A stretch of DNA of 64,000 bases from a bacterium (GTDB taxonomy: Bacteria > Planctomycetota > B15-G4): positions 18,105-82,104 of the forward strand of contig JAUIEF010000001.1 of assembly GCA_030428785.1 (NCBI GenBank), read 5' to 3'. Under the pieces are notes generated by a model that searched no databases, was not told the DNA's origin, and was given only the letters and a program-made list of their open reading frames with translations. Both the position numbers and the translations under genes were made by a program. Positions 28,767 through 37,693 of the stretch are shown here, one piece after another (the first letter of the stretch is position 1; every line of letters starts with the position of its first letter).

Positions 28767-29537
28767 TCAGAGCGTCTCGAACTCGACCTCCGCGATCGTG
28801 CGGTTGCCGCTCTCCTCCTGGACGATGATCTCGAGCTTGTACTCGGTGTCCGGCTCGAGGAACTGCGGCGGCACCGTGAGCTCGGGGTCCGCGTCGCCCG
28901 GCAGGATCATCGAGAGCACCTGCAGGATCTCGCCCTCCGTCTCGAGCACGATCTCGTAGAGCTCGACCTCGAGCGGGTTGCCCAGGTAGTCGGTCGTGAC
29001 CGGGTCGCAGCCGACGAGCAGCGGCCTGTCGTGCGGGACGGCCACGTCGTCGGGGAAGAGCCCGTCGGGCGCCGCGGGCAGCACGTGCGTGAATTCGGTC
29101 TCGCCCTCGATCTCGTCGCCGTCGAGCGTGCGGCCCTCGAACTCCCAGGTGCCCTCGGGGAAGCGGTCGAAGAACTCCTCCATGGAGAGCTCGTCCGGCG
29201 AGGGCTCGACGCTCTCGAAGAAGCCCTCGGTGAGCCCCTGCTGCTTGACGTTCTTCTTGGTCTTGAGCGCGAGGACCGTCTTGCCGTCGCTGTTCTCGAG
29301 GCGCATGGACTTCCAGCCCTCGCCGTCCCAGAAGAACTGGATGCCGAAGTCGCCGTCGGTGGTGTTCCACTCGATGAAGACCTCGGCCTCGTCGAGCTCG
29401 AGCTCCTCCTTGCCCTTGCCGTCGTCGTCATCGTCGTCGTGACCGCCGTGGAAGGGCGCGGCGGCCGGCGTGGCGACCAGCGCGAGGAGGCCGAGACCCA
29501 GGGCGAGGCCGCGGAGCGTGGTGGTTGAGGTGGACAT
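28767..29537 (-). CDS. Secreted, strongly acidic hypothetical protein with a His/Asp-rich mature N-terminus
   Basis: Track ORF 28767..29669 trimmed to ATG 29537 (MSTSTTTLRGLALGLGLLALVATPAAAPFHGGHDDDDDDGKGKEE...). Two beta-rich halves. Confidence 0.75.
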   Translation of the reverse strand: MSTSTTTLRGLALGLGLLALVATPAAAPFHGGHDDDDDDGKGKEELELDEAEVFIEWNTTDGDFGIQFFWDGEGWKSMRLENSDGKTVLALKTKKNVKQQGLTEGFFESVEPSPDELSMEEFFDRFPEGTWEFEGRTLDGDEIEGETEFTHVLPAAPDGLFPDDVAVPHDRPLLVGCDPVTTDYLGNPLEVELYEIVLETEGEILQVLSMILPGDADPELTVPPQFLEPDTEYKLEIIVQEESGNRTIAEVEFETL

Positions 29538-29750
29538 GGTGTCTCTCCCGTGCGTGGGGTGGTGGTCGCGGCGAGGCTCGTCGCCCCGCGCACGACCGAC
29601 GCTAGGCGACGTCGCGCGACGCCGCGTGACGCGCAGGTGATGGCGGGGCCGGCGTAACCTCCGCGTCATGTCGGGCTCGCGCGGGAGCGTCGACGCCGCC
29701 CCGGAGGCGTGACGGGACGACGTCGGACGCGGATCCCCGGCCGTGACACC

Positions 29751-29779
29751 TTGCCGGACGACTTGATTTCGTGTAATTC
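29751..29779 (+). promoter_or_regulatory. Candidate sigma70-type promoter of the wHTH-TPR pair (near-leaderless)
   Basis: TTGCCG (29751-29756), 17-nt spacer, TAATTC (29774-29779), 8 nt before GTG 29788. Locally AT-rich. Confidence 0.3.
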
Positions 29780-29787
29780 CTCGAGTC

Positions 29788-30366
29788 GTGGCACGCCGAT
29801 CCGTCTACCGCCTCGTCGACCCCGGGCAGCTCCGGGTCATGGCCTCGCCGCCGCGCCAGCGGCTCGTCGCGGCCTTCGAGGCGCTGGGAACCGCCTCCGT
29901 CCGGGAGCTCGCGGAGCACGTCGGCCGCAGCCCCGAGAGCCTCTACTTCCACGTGCGCAAGCTCGTGGACGCGGGGCTCGTGGAGGAGGCCGGCGAGCGG
30001 GCGCTCGAGCGCCACACCGAGCGGCTCTACCGGCTCGTCGCGACGCGCCTCCGGCTCGACGGCGACCTCGCCGCGCCCGGCTACCGCGAGGCGCTCGCCG
30101 GCACCTGCCGGTCGATCACGCGCGCCACGCAGCGCGACTGGTGCCGCGCGCTCGAGACGGACGGCGCGCGCCTGCAGGGCCCCGGCCGCAACCTCGCGCT
30201 GCACCACTACCACGTCCACCTGAAGCCCGCCGACCGCCGACGGCTCGTCGGCCTGCTCGAGGAGCTCACGACCTTCGTCCTCGAGCACAACGACCCCGCG
30301 CGCGGCGAGCTGCACTCGTTCACCTCGGCGCTCGCGCCGGTCGCCGACACCTCCGGGAGCCCGTGA
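29788..30366 (+). CDS. ArsR-like winged-helix transcriptional regulator with a C-terminal extension (paralog of 46779..47354)
   Basis: Full track ORF with a GTG start. ASVRELAEHVGRSPESLYFHVRKLVDAGLVEEAGER. It aligns with ASVRELAEQVGMAPASLYYHVRRLVEVGVVRAAGER in the paralog. Confidence 0.85.
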   Translation: MARRSVYRLVDPGQLRVMASPPRQRLVAAFEALGTASVRELAEHVGRSPESLYFHVRKLVDAGLVEEAGERALERHTERLYRLVATRLRLDGDLAAPGYREALAGTCRSITRATQRDWCRALETDGARLQGPGRNLALHHYHVHLKPADRRRLVGLLEELTTFVLEHNDPARGELHSFTSALAPVADTSGSP

Positions 30367-31292
30367 TGTCGCGTCTCCGCCCCTCACGACACCGTCCGCT
30401 CGTCCTCGTGCTCGTCGCGCTCGCGGTGCAGGGCGCCGCGACCGCGCAGGACGCCCGCCCCTGCGGGCCGCCCGCGACGGAGACGCCCCGGGACGCCGCC
30501 GCGGCGGAGTCCGCCGACCGCGAGTCCGCGCCCGACGACGCACCGTGGGAGGCGACCCTCCGCGAGGCGCAGCGCCTCATGACGACGGGCGCGATCGGCG
30601 ACGCGACGGCCCTCGCGCAGGACGCCCTCGCGGAGGCCGAGGCGCACCTCGACGCGACGGACACGGAGCTCGTCGCGCCGCTCATGTTCGTCTCGACCAT
30701 GCACCTCATGCGGCGCGACCTCGACGCCGCGGCACCTCTCGCCGACCGCGCGCACGACATCGCGGAGCAGGCGCTCGTCGAGGCGTGCGCCCGCGTCGCC
30801 ACGACGCTCAAGGCCGTCGGCGCGATCCACATGCAGCGCGGCGAGCTCGACGCGGGCCTCGCCGCCTACGAGCGCGCGGTCGAGCTCTCGGAGGGCGCGC
30901 TCGGCGCGGACCACGTCGAGACCGCGAAGCACGTGGGCAACCTCGGCGCGATGATGCTCCAGCTCGGTCGCCACGAGGAGGCGGAGGCGCTGCTCCTGCG
31001 CGCGCTCGGCACGTGGCGCGCGCAGGACAGCGCGCACCCGGTCTACGCGGCCGGCGACCTCACGAACCTCGCCGCGCTGCGCATCCGCCAGGCGCGCCCG
31101 CACGACGCGATCGCGCTCTACGCGGAGGCCGTCGCGCTCCAGGAGGCGGCGTTCGAGCCCGTCGACCCGCGGCTCCTTGGCACGCTGCGCGGGTACGCGT
31201 CGCTGCTCCGGGAGCACGGACGCGAGGACGAGGCGGCCGCCGTCGAGGCGCGCCTCGGCGGACCACGCGATGCGGAGGGCGCCGAGCGCTGA
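30366..31292 (+). CDS. Secreted TPR (TPR_12/kinesin-light-chain-like) repeat protein
   Basis: In the frame of track ORF 29709..31292. ATG 30366 overlaps the upstream stop by 1 nt. Signal MSRLRPSRHRPLVLVLVALAVQGAATAQ. Repeats such as VETAKHVGNLGAMMLQLGRHEEAEALLLRAL. Confidence 0.8.
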   Translation: MSRLRPSRHRPLVLVLVALAVQGAATAQDARPCGPPATETPRDAAAAESADRESAPDDAPWEATLREAQRLMTTGAIGDATALAQDALAEAEAHLDATDTELVAPLMFVSTMHLMRRDLDAAAPLADRAHDIAEQALVEACARVATTLKAVGAIHMQRGELDAGLAAYERAVELSEGALGADHVETAKHVGNLGAMMLQLGRHEEAEALLLRALGTWRAQDSAHPVYAAGDLTNLAALRIRQARPHDAIALYAEAVALQEAAFEPVDPRLLGTLRGYASLLREHGREDEAAAVEARLGGPRDAEGAER

Positions 31293-31298
31293 GCGCGG

Positions 31299-32561
31299 TC
31301 AGCCGCCGCGCGTCGGCTTCGCGATCGCCTGCGACACGCGCGCGAGCTGCTCGCGCACGTCGACGAGCGACGCGAGCCACTGCTCCGGCAGCTCGACGGT
31401 CCCCGCGAGCCGCAGGCGCTCGGCCGGGAAGAACATCTCGCGGCTGTGCGCCCCGCCGGCGCGCGTGCCGACGATGCCGGACCGGTACCACGCGCGCTGG
31501 TGCAGCGCGACGCCCACGGGCGCGGCGAGCGCCGGCAGCACGGGACGCCCCGTGTGTCGCGCCACGCCGGCCGCCGTGACGAGCTGGCAGGTCGCCGCGA
31601 TCGCCCCGAGCCACTGGAGCGCCGGGATGCTCCAGCTCAGCAGCGCGATCCAGGGCGCGAGCTCGAGCGCGCCGAAGAGCGCGCCCGCCGCCAGCAGCCG
31701 CGAGAGCCGGAAGCCCATGAGCGCGTACGCCTTGCGCTCCGTCTCCTCGGCCACGGCGCGGACGTCCGGGTGTCCCGGTACGGAGACGAGCCCCGTCCCC
31801 ATCGCGAGCGAGCTCCGCGCGCCGGCCTCGCGCAGCGCCTTGCCGAGCGCGAGGTCCGCCGCGAAGTCGAGGTTCACGTACTCGAGCCCGCCGCACTTGC
31901 CCAGCGTCTCGCGGCGGATCATGTGGAACGCGCTCACGCCGGCGTACGCGCCGCGCGACGACTCGCCGACCGCCCACACGCGCAGCCCGAGGAACGCCAT
32001 GCGCGTCGCGACCGCCTCCATCGCCGTCGCGAGGAAGCCCTTCGTGCGCGTGTCCGGGTAGAGCGTCACCTGGTCGAGGCCCTGCTGGCTGATCCAGCGC
32101 ATCGTCTGACGCAGCGCGCCGTTCTCGAAGCGCACGCCGGCCTCCGTGAGCAGCACCCACTCGCCGCGCGCCTGGCTCGTGCCGACGTGCAGCGCGTGGT
32201 TGCGGCCGAGCCATCCCTGCGGCAGCGTCGAGAGGTGCAGGCAGCGCATGCGCGGGTCGCGCTCGGCGAGCTGGTCGACGAGCTTGCGCGTGTCCGTGCG
32301 CGAGCGGTCGTCGACGAGGATGATCTCGAGGCCCTCGTACTCGAGGTCGAGCAGGCTCTCGCAGGTCGCGTAGAGCGCGCGCGCGTCGTCGCGCACGGCG
32401 AGCACGACGGAGACCGTCGGCCAGCGACCGACCGCGGGCAGGATGCGGTCGACGAGGCGCGGGAGGCGCTGCCGCGCGCGGAACGACAACGGCAGCACGG
32501 CGAGCCACGCGAGACAGAGGAGGGCGAGGGCGAGGGTGACCAGCACCTGGATCGCGATCAT
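31299..32561 (-). CDS. Membrane-bound family 2 glycosyltransferase
   Basis: Full track ORF. N-terminal TM helix; VSVVLAVRDDA, EIILVDDRS; multiple C-terminal TM helices. Confidence 0.85.
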   Translation of the reverse strand: MIAIQVLVTLALALLCLAWLAVLPLSFRARQRLPRLVDRILPAVGRWPTVSVVLAVRDDARALYATCESLLDLEYEGLEIILVDDRSRTDTRKLVDQLAERDPRMRCLHLSTLPQGWLGRNHALHVGTSQARGEWVLLTEAGVRFENGALRQTMRWISQQGLDQVTLYPDTRTKGFLATAMEAVATRMAFLGLRVWAVGESSRGAYAGVSAFHMIRRETLGKCGGLEYVNLDFAADLALGKALREAGARSSLAMGTGLVSVPGHPDVRAVAEETERKAYALMGFRLSRLLAAGALFGALELAPWIALLSWSIPALQWLGAIAATCQLVTAAGVARHTGRPVLPALAAPVGVALHQRAWYRSGIVGTRAGGAHSREMFFPAERLRLAGTVELPEQWLASLVDVREQLARVSQAIAKPTRGG

Positions 32562-33013
32562 GGGAGGAACGGCGAGGGGGTCGGGGAGGAGCCGGAGGTC
32601 GGCGGGGCCGGGACGGGGTCGCGCGTCCCACGGCCGTTCTTCTCGCTCGCGATGTATCGGCCCCGGACCGAGCCGCCCACCGCCGGACCCGCGATTTCCG
32701 GGTCCGGCGGGGGTGCGCGGGCGAAGTCTCCGTCCTCAAGTGGTGAGCCGTGGTCGGGGCGGGAGCCGCGACGACCGGCCGCCGAGCTCGTCAAGTCGCG
32801 CGACGAGGCGGCCGATGCCCTCCGAGTTGCCGCGACTCCGATCGCAACGATCCCGCCAGGTGACTCGACCACCTGCATGAGCGTTCTGGAACCGCGCCCA
32901 CCTTGACAGACCCGGCATCGCCCCTTTGAATGGTTTCAGTTGCGGCGGGAGCATCAATCCTTCCGTCGTGTTCAACCGGATCACAACCAAGAATGCAGCA
33001 GAGGGGGAAATCG

Positions 33014-33763
33014 ATGAAGGGGTTACGTACCCTCGGCGCCGTGGCGCTGGGTATCAGCATCTCGTCGTCCGGCGCCCATGCCCAACCCCAGCCACCGAAC
33101 TTCGGGCTCGCGGGGTACTACATGAACGTCATGTCGACGAGCTTCGCGCAGCGGCTCTCCGCGACCGTGGACAACGTGAACAGCACGTTCGGCACGGACT
33201 TCTCGATGACCGTGAGTCCTCCGACGCTGGAAGGGCACCCGCTGTTCGAGTTCGACTCCTGGGCGAACCCGGAGCTGCAGGGTTTCTTCGCGCTGACGTC
33301 GACCGACGAGATCCCTGCGATCGCGATCAACGCAGGCGAGCTGGACTTCTCGTCCGAGTCCCTGTCGAACCAGGTGAACACGCTCAAGACGCTCCTCCAC
33401 GAGCTCGGACACGTCGTCTGGTCCGACAACTTCTGGAGTCTGTTCTGGACCGACCCGCTCTACTACGCGGAGCTGGCGAACTGCCACTCGACGGGAGACG
33501 CGGAGTTCGGCCCCTGCGACGAGGCCTACTCCTCGGCCACGGAGGCCGCGGGCCTCTGTGCCACGATCTGCGAGAAGACGACGGGCGACGGCGCGCTCCC
33601 GCCGACCCACCCCGTGATCAAGAAGTTGAAGGACGCGTACAAGGAAGCCGCGAAGGACTGCGTGGAGGAGTCGGCGGACTGCGACGCGAAGAACGGCGAG
33701 TGCGGGGACATGCCGATGCCGGGAGACTGGAACGGATGTCCGGGGACCACGTGCAACTGTTGA
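33014..33763 (+). CDS. Secreted HExxH (zincin-like) protein with a Cys-rich C-terminal tail
   Basis: Track ORF 32930..33763 trimmed to ATG 33014, preceded by GAGGGGG. Signal MKGLRTLGAVALGISISSSGAHAQ. LLHELGHVVW; 11 Cys in the last ~85 aa, ending GCPGTTCNC. GC and codon usage are visibly atypical (TTA, GAA, CGT, TTG). Confidence 0.75.
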   Translation: MKGLRTLGAVALGISISSSGAHAQPQPPNFGLAGYYMNVMSTSFAQRLSATVDNVNSTFGTDFSMTVSPPTLEGHPLFEFDSWANPELQGFFALTSTDEIPAIAINAGELDFSSESLSNQVNTLKTLLHELGHVVWSDNFWSLFWTDPLYYAELANCHSTGDAEFGPCDEAYSSATEAAGLCATICEKTTGDGALPPTHPVIKKLKDAYKEAAKDCVEESADCDAKNGECGDMPMPGDWNGCPGTTCNC

Positions 33764-33776
33764 AGGGAGGGGATCG

Positions 33777-34634
33777 ATGAAATCACCGGGCATCGTCGTC
33801 GCCGCGTTGTGTCTCGCGGCGGCGCCACTGGGGACCCTCCTCCCGGAGGAGTTCCACAGCCGTTTCCACCATGGGGTGGCGGACCGCATGTATCTCACAC
33901 CCGCGGGTTCCGCCGACGTCGCATGGGTCGACCTCACGTTCAGGAACACGTCGACGAAGGAGGTCAAGCTGCGATGGCTCTACAAGGCCGCAGGCGCGCT
34001 CGTGGACGAGAGCCAGACCATCGAGACCGTCGGGTTCAGCCCCACCGCCGTGTGCCATCGGTCGGGTCACGGGTTCAAGATCTACGTGGCCGGCTGGGCC
34101 GAACGCACCTCCACGTGCATCGTCGAGGAGTGGGAGTTCGAGACCCCCATCGCGATCGGCTCCATGGCCTCGATGGGAGGAGGCGATCCGGTCTCCGTCC
34201 TCGACGTCCCCACCATCACGAAGACGCAGATCTTCTCGTCGACTACCTCGGGACCGATCCACGACATCGCGTGCAACGTCTACGGCGACACGCTCTGGAT
34301 GCTGGAGGGTGACGGCCCGCGGCGGATCCTGTCCCTCGACATCGACTCGTCCACCGTGACGGAGGCCTACTCGTCGGCGACCCTCCCGCAGCTGGCGGAC
34401 GATGCGTCGCTCAACACGGGCCGGAACCTCGACGCGGGCTTCATGGTCTGGTCGCAGCCCAAGCGGAGCTGGCAGAGCATGGCCGAGTTCGAGGAACCGT
34501 ACGCGATGCTCGTGTTCGTGGACTCGGACATGAACGGGATCATCGACGTCGTGGACGAGGTCAGCGCAGGGCAGTTCGTGAGCGACTACGCCTCGCACGG
34601 CTGGGATCTCCAGTACGCCGAACCCGGTCCCTGA
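33777..34634 (+). CDS. Secreted hypothetical protein, operon partner of the HExxH protein
   Basis: Full track ORF. GGGAGGGG lies upstream, and the ATG is 13 nt after the upstream stop. Signal MKSPGIVVAALCLAAAPLG. No motif recognised. Confidence 0.75.
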   Translation: MKSPGIVVAALCLAAAPLGTLLPEEFHSRFHHGVADRMYLTPAGSADVAWVDLTFRNTSTKEVKLRWLYKAAGALVDESQTIETVGFSPTAVCHRSGHGFKIYVAGWAERTSTCIVEEWEFETPIAIGSMASMGGGDPVSVLDVPTITKTQIFSSTTSGPIHDIACNVYGDTLWMLEGDGPRRILSLDIDSSTVTEAYSSATLPQLADDASLNTGRNLDAGFMVWSQPKRSWQSMAEFEEPYAMLVFVDSDMNGIIDVVDEVSAGQFVSDYASHGWDLQYAEPGP

Positions 34635-34742
34635 CGCCGAGCGCGGCGCGGGCCCGAGGCAGCGGACTGGTCCGACGGCTCGTGCCGTGACCTCGGCGGC
34701 CGTGCCGGTCATGATGACGGTCCTCGTCGTCACGACCGATCG

Positions 34743-35642
34743 ATGCACGCCCCACCGCTCCGCACCGCCCACGCCCCGTTCCGGCCCGGCGCCTTCCACC
34801 TGGGCTGCGCGGTCTGGGGCCACCCGGGCTGGGTCGGCCCCGTCTTCCCGGCCGGCACGGCGCAGCGCCGACACCTCGAGGAGTACGTGAAGCGGTTCGC
34901 CGCCGTCGAGGGCAACAGCGTGTTCCACGGGATGCCCGTGCGCGCGACGCTCGAGCGCTGGCGCGACACGATGCCCGCGGGCTTCGTCATGACGCCCAAG
35001 CTCCCGCGCGAGGTCACGCACGCCGGTCCGCTCGCGCCGCGCGCCGCCGACCGCGACGCCGCGCTCGCGCACCTCGCGCTGCTCGGCCCGCACCTCGGAC
35101 CGATCCTGCTCCAGCTCCCGCCGCGCTACGCGCCCGTCGCGTTCGAGGACCTGCTCGCGTTCCTCGACGGCTGGCCCGACGACGCGCCTGCGCCGCTCGT
35201 CGAGTTCCGGCACCTCGGCTGGTTCTCGAAGGACGTCGCGCCGCGCCTGCATGCCGCGCTCGTCGAGCGGGGCGTCGGCCGCGTCATCCTCGACACGCGG
35301 CCGGTGTATGCGTTCGGTGACGACCCGCAGCGCGACAACCCGCGCAAGAAGCCGCGCCTGCCCGTGCCCGTCGAACCGCCGGCCGCGCGCGTGCTCCTGC
35401 GCTTCATCGGTCACCCGGACCGCGCGCACAACGACCGCTGGCTCCCGCGCTGGGCGGAGCTCGTCGACGGCTGGCTGCGCGAGGGCCGCGAGGTCTTCGC
35501 GTTCTGCCACTGCCCGGATGAGGACCACTCGCCGTGGATCGCGCGCCGCCTCCAGGAGCTGCTCGAGGGGCGCGGCGCGCCCGTGCCGCCGCTGCCGTGG
35601 GACGCGCTGCGCGAGCCGCCGCGGCAGACGCGGTTGTTCTAG
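34743..35642 (+). CDS. DUF72 (YecE-like, UPF0759) family protein
   Basis: Full track ORF. LGCAVWGHPGW...YVKRFAAVEGNSVFHG...LLQLPP...VEFRHLGWF, the typical DUF72 pattern. Confidence 0.85.
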   Translation: MHAPPLRTAHAPFRPGAFHLGCAVWGHPGWVGPVFPAGTAQRRHLEEYVKRFAAVEGNSVFHGMPVRATLERWRDTMPAGFVMTPKLPREVTHAGPLAPRAADRDAALAHLALLGPHLGPILLQLPPRYAPVAFEDLLAFLDGWPDDAPAPLVEFRHLGWFSKDVAPRLHAALVERGVGRVILDTRPVYAFGDDPQRDNPRKKPRLPVPVEPPAARVLLRFIGHPDRAHNDRWLPRWAELVDGWLREGREVFAFCHCPDEDHSPWIARRLQELLEGRGAPVPPLPWDALREPPRQTRLF

Positions 35643-35873
35643 GAGCCGGGCACCCGGACGGTCGTTCCGGAGCGAAGCCTGCCGATCCGGGAAACGATCG
35701 TCGTTCACCACCTGGGCAGATCCCGGGAACCGCGCTACGCTGCGGTCCGCTCGTGGAGAGGCGGGCGCGCCGGGAATATTCGGGACCCGGTGGGGAGGTC
35801 GTCACCGCGGGGTGCGACGCGACGAGTCGGTGCATCGCGCGGCTTTCGAAGGACACAACAGGAGGAGAGCAGC

Positions 35874-37100
35874 ATGTCAGCATGGAAGAGATCCGTCGCG
35901 ACCACACTGGCCGGACTGAGCCTCGCGGCGTACGCCGCGGCGGGCGGTTCGAACGAGGCGCAGGAGAGCCTCCTCGCCGCGCGGGCCGCGGCGGCCCCCG
36001 ACGCGTTCCAGGAGACGGTCGACGTCCCGTCCTCGGGACCGGTGCTCGTGAACACGGGCGAGGTGAAGTCGTGGACCTTCGAGGGCCACGTCCTCACCGT
36101 CGGCGCCCAGGAGGGCGGCGGCGGAGGCATCCTCTACGCTCCGTCCGAGGCGGACGACCCGGCCTACCGCGCGGCGATCTCCGCCGCGGCGGGCGGCGCG
36201 ACGGTCGACTACTTCGACGCGCGCGCGTCGACGCCGAGCGTCGCGACGATGCTCCAGTACGACGCCGTCTACAGCTGGACGAACTTCGCCTACGCGGACA
36301 GCGTGACGTTCGGCGACAACCTCGCCGCGTACAACGACGCGGGCGGCACGGTGGTGCTCGGCGTGTTCTGCACGTTCACGAGCGGCAACTCCATGAGCGG
36401 GACGATCATGACGGCCGGCTACTGCCCGGTCGTGTCCCCGCTCGGCAGCAACCACTTCACGACGTCGACGTACAACGGCGGCGGCCAGACGTGCATCTAC
36501 GGCGGCGTCGCGAGCCTCTCCAGCGGCTTCCGTGACATCCTCACCGTGCAGGGCACGGGCATCGAGGACGGCTTCTACGCCGACGGCGAGATCTGCCACG
36601 CGTACCGCGGCGGGACCGGCGGCTCGCAGGGCGACGTCGTCTACAGCAACGGCTCGGGCGCCGTCCAGCTCACGTCGGCCGGTCCGTGGGGCACGGCGGT
36701 CGGCAACGCCGCGACCTGCGGCATCGACGTCTCGAGCGCGTGGGCCGACATCGGCAGCTCGCTGCCGGGCGCCGGCGGCGATCCGGTGCTCGCGGGCGTC
36801 GGGACGCTCGCGGCGGACACGACGAACTTCCTCGTCCTGTCGAACGCCGCGCCGTCCGCGCTCACGGCCGTGTTCGCGTCGACGTCCATGTCGCCGCAGC
36901 CGGTCGCGGGCGGCACGCTCGTGCCGGGGCCGACGCTCGTCGTGCGGCTCTTCACGACGTCCGCCGGCGGGACGCTCAACCTGACGTTCCGGCCGCCGGC
37001 GGGTCTCACCGGCAACCTGTACGCGCAGATGGCCGTCGACGACGCGGGCGCCGTGCAGGGCATCGCGTTCTCGAACGCGATCGAGGGCACCATCCCCTGA
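35874..37100 (+). CDS. Secreted hypothetical protein with the shared C-terminal module
   Basis: Track ORF 35790..37100 trimmed to ATG 35874, preceded by GGAGGAG. Signal MSAWKRSVATTLAGLSLAAYAAAGG. The N-domain is unrecognised. Confidence 0.8.
   Translation: MSAWKRSVATTLAGLSLAAYAAAGGSNEAQESLLAARAAAAPDAFQETVDVPSSGPVLVNTGEVKSWTFEGHVLTVGAQEGGGGGILYAPSEADDPAYRAAISAAAGGATVDYFDARASTPSVATMLQYDAVYSWTNFAYADSVTFGDNLAAYNDAGGTVVLGVFCTFTSGNSMSGTIMTAGYCPVVSPLGSNHFTTSTYNGGGQTCIYGGVASLSSGFRDILTVQGTGIEDGFYADGEICHAYRGGTGGSQGDVVYSNGSGAVQLTSAGPWGTAVGNAATCGIDVSSAWADIGSSLPGAGGDPVLAGVGTLAADTTNFLVLSNAAPSALTAVFASTSMSPQPVAGGTLVPGPTLVVRLFTTSAGGTLNLTFRPPAGLTGNLYAQMAVDDAGAVQGIAFSNAIEGTIP
36741..37100 (+). other. Shared C-terminal module, instance D
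   Basis: WADIGSSLPGAGGDPVLAGVGTLAADTTNFLVLSNAAPSALTAVFASTSMSPQPVAGGTLVPGPTLVVRLFTTSAGGTLNLTFRPPAGLTGNLYAQMAVDDAGAVQGIAFSNAIEGTIP-stop. Confidence 0.75.
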
Positions 37101-37125
37101 TCGTCGCCCGTCGGACCGGTCCGTC

Positions 37126-37143
37126 GGACGCCCCGCGGCGTCC
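37126..37143 (+). terminator. Possible stem-loop after the 35874..37100 gene
   Basis: GGACGCC-ccgc-GGCGTCC (7-bp stem, 4-nt loop) 26 nt after the stop. No U-tract. Confidence 0.3.
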
Positions 37144-37338
37144 GGCGGGCCGCTCCCGGCACACCCCGCGCCCCCGGGCGGACCCCGCGGTCCTCCGGGG
37201 GCGCTCCGCGTTCGTCACGACGCGCGCGGCCTCCGCGCGCCGCCCCCGGGCACGCGTCACCGAGGGTGCGCACGGCCTCCACCGGCTCGCGCGGCGCGAG
37301 CCGGACCCGGGGGGAGTGTGTGCGCCGGTGACGCCGCG

Positions 37339-37536
37339 TCAGGCGGCTTGGCGGGATCGCGCGCGCCAGAGGAGCAGCAGCCCGCCGGCGGCGGCCACGG
37401 AGGACACGCTGAGCACGAGCATCCCGCCGTTGCGGGTGGGGAGCTCGGACCGGGAGAGCCAGATCACGCCGGCGACGCCGATGACGAGCACCGCGGCCAT
37501 GAGCAGGACACACAGGAACAGGATCGAGATCTTCAT
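37339..37536 (-). CDS. Small membrane protein (65 aa, two predicted TM helices)
   Basis: Full track ORF: MKISILFLCVLLMAAVLVIGVAGVIWL...GMLVLSVSSVAAAGGLLLLW. Codons are G/C-ending. Confidence 0.55.
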   Translation of the reverse strand: MKISILFLCVLLMAAVLVIGVAGVIWLSRSELPTRNGGMLVLSVSSVAAAGGLLLLWRARSRQAA

Positions 37537-37693
37537 GGCGTCAGTCTACGCGCGGGGTCGGTGGCCGTGGGACCCCGAGCTCGTCGACACTCCGGCGGAG
37601 TCGGCCTGAGGGCCTCGCTCGCCGACGGGCGGCGGCGGCCCCCGTGACCGGGGAGCTCGCGTAGACTCGGGTCCTCCCGGAGGAGTGGTCCCG

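Noticed and set aside
32558-32878. 106-aa ORF whose stop overlaps the GT2 start codon (ATGA), suggesting coupling
   Set aside because: The sequence is low-complexity (S/P/G/R-rich) with no motif. The ATGA arises simply because the GT2 gene begins ATGATC. Open frames of this length are common by chance at this GC content.
37638-37652. Possible third copy of the P1/P2 promoter on the minus strand (CCCCGGTCACGGGGG) upstream of the small membrane protein gene
   Set aside because: Only the downstream box matches. The upstream GTC.AC box is displaced by 3 nt and the T-rich block is missing, so the spacing-sensitive architecture is not preserved.
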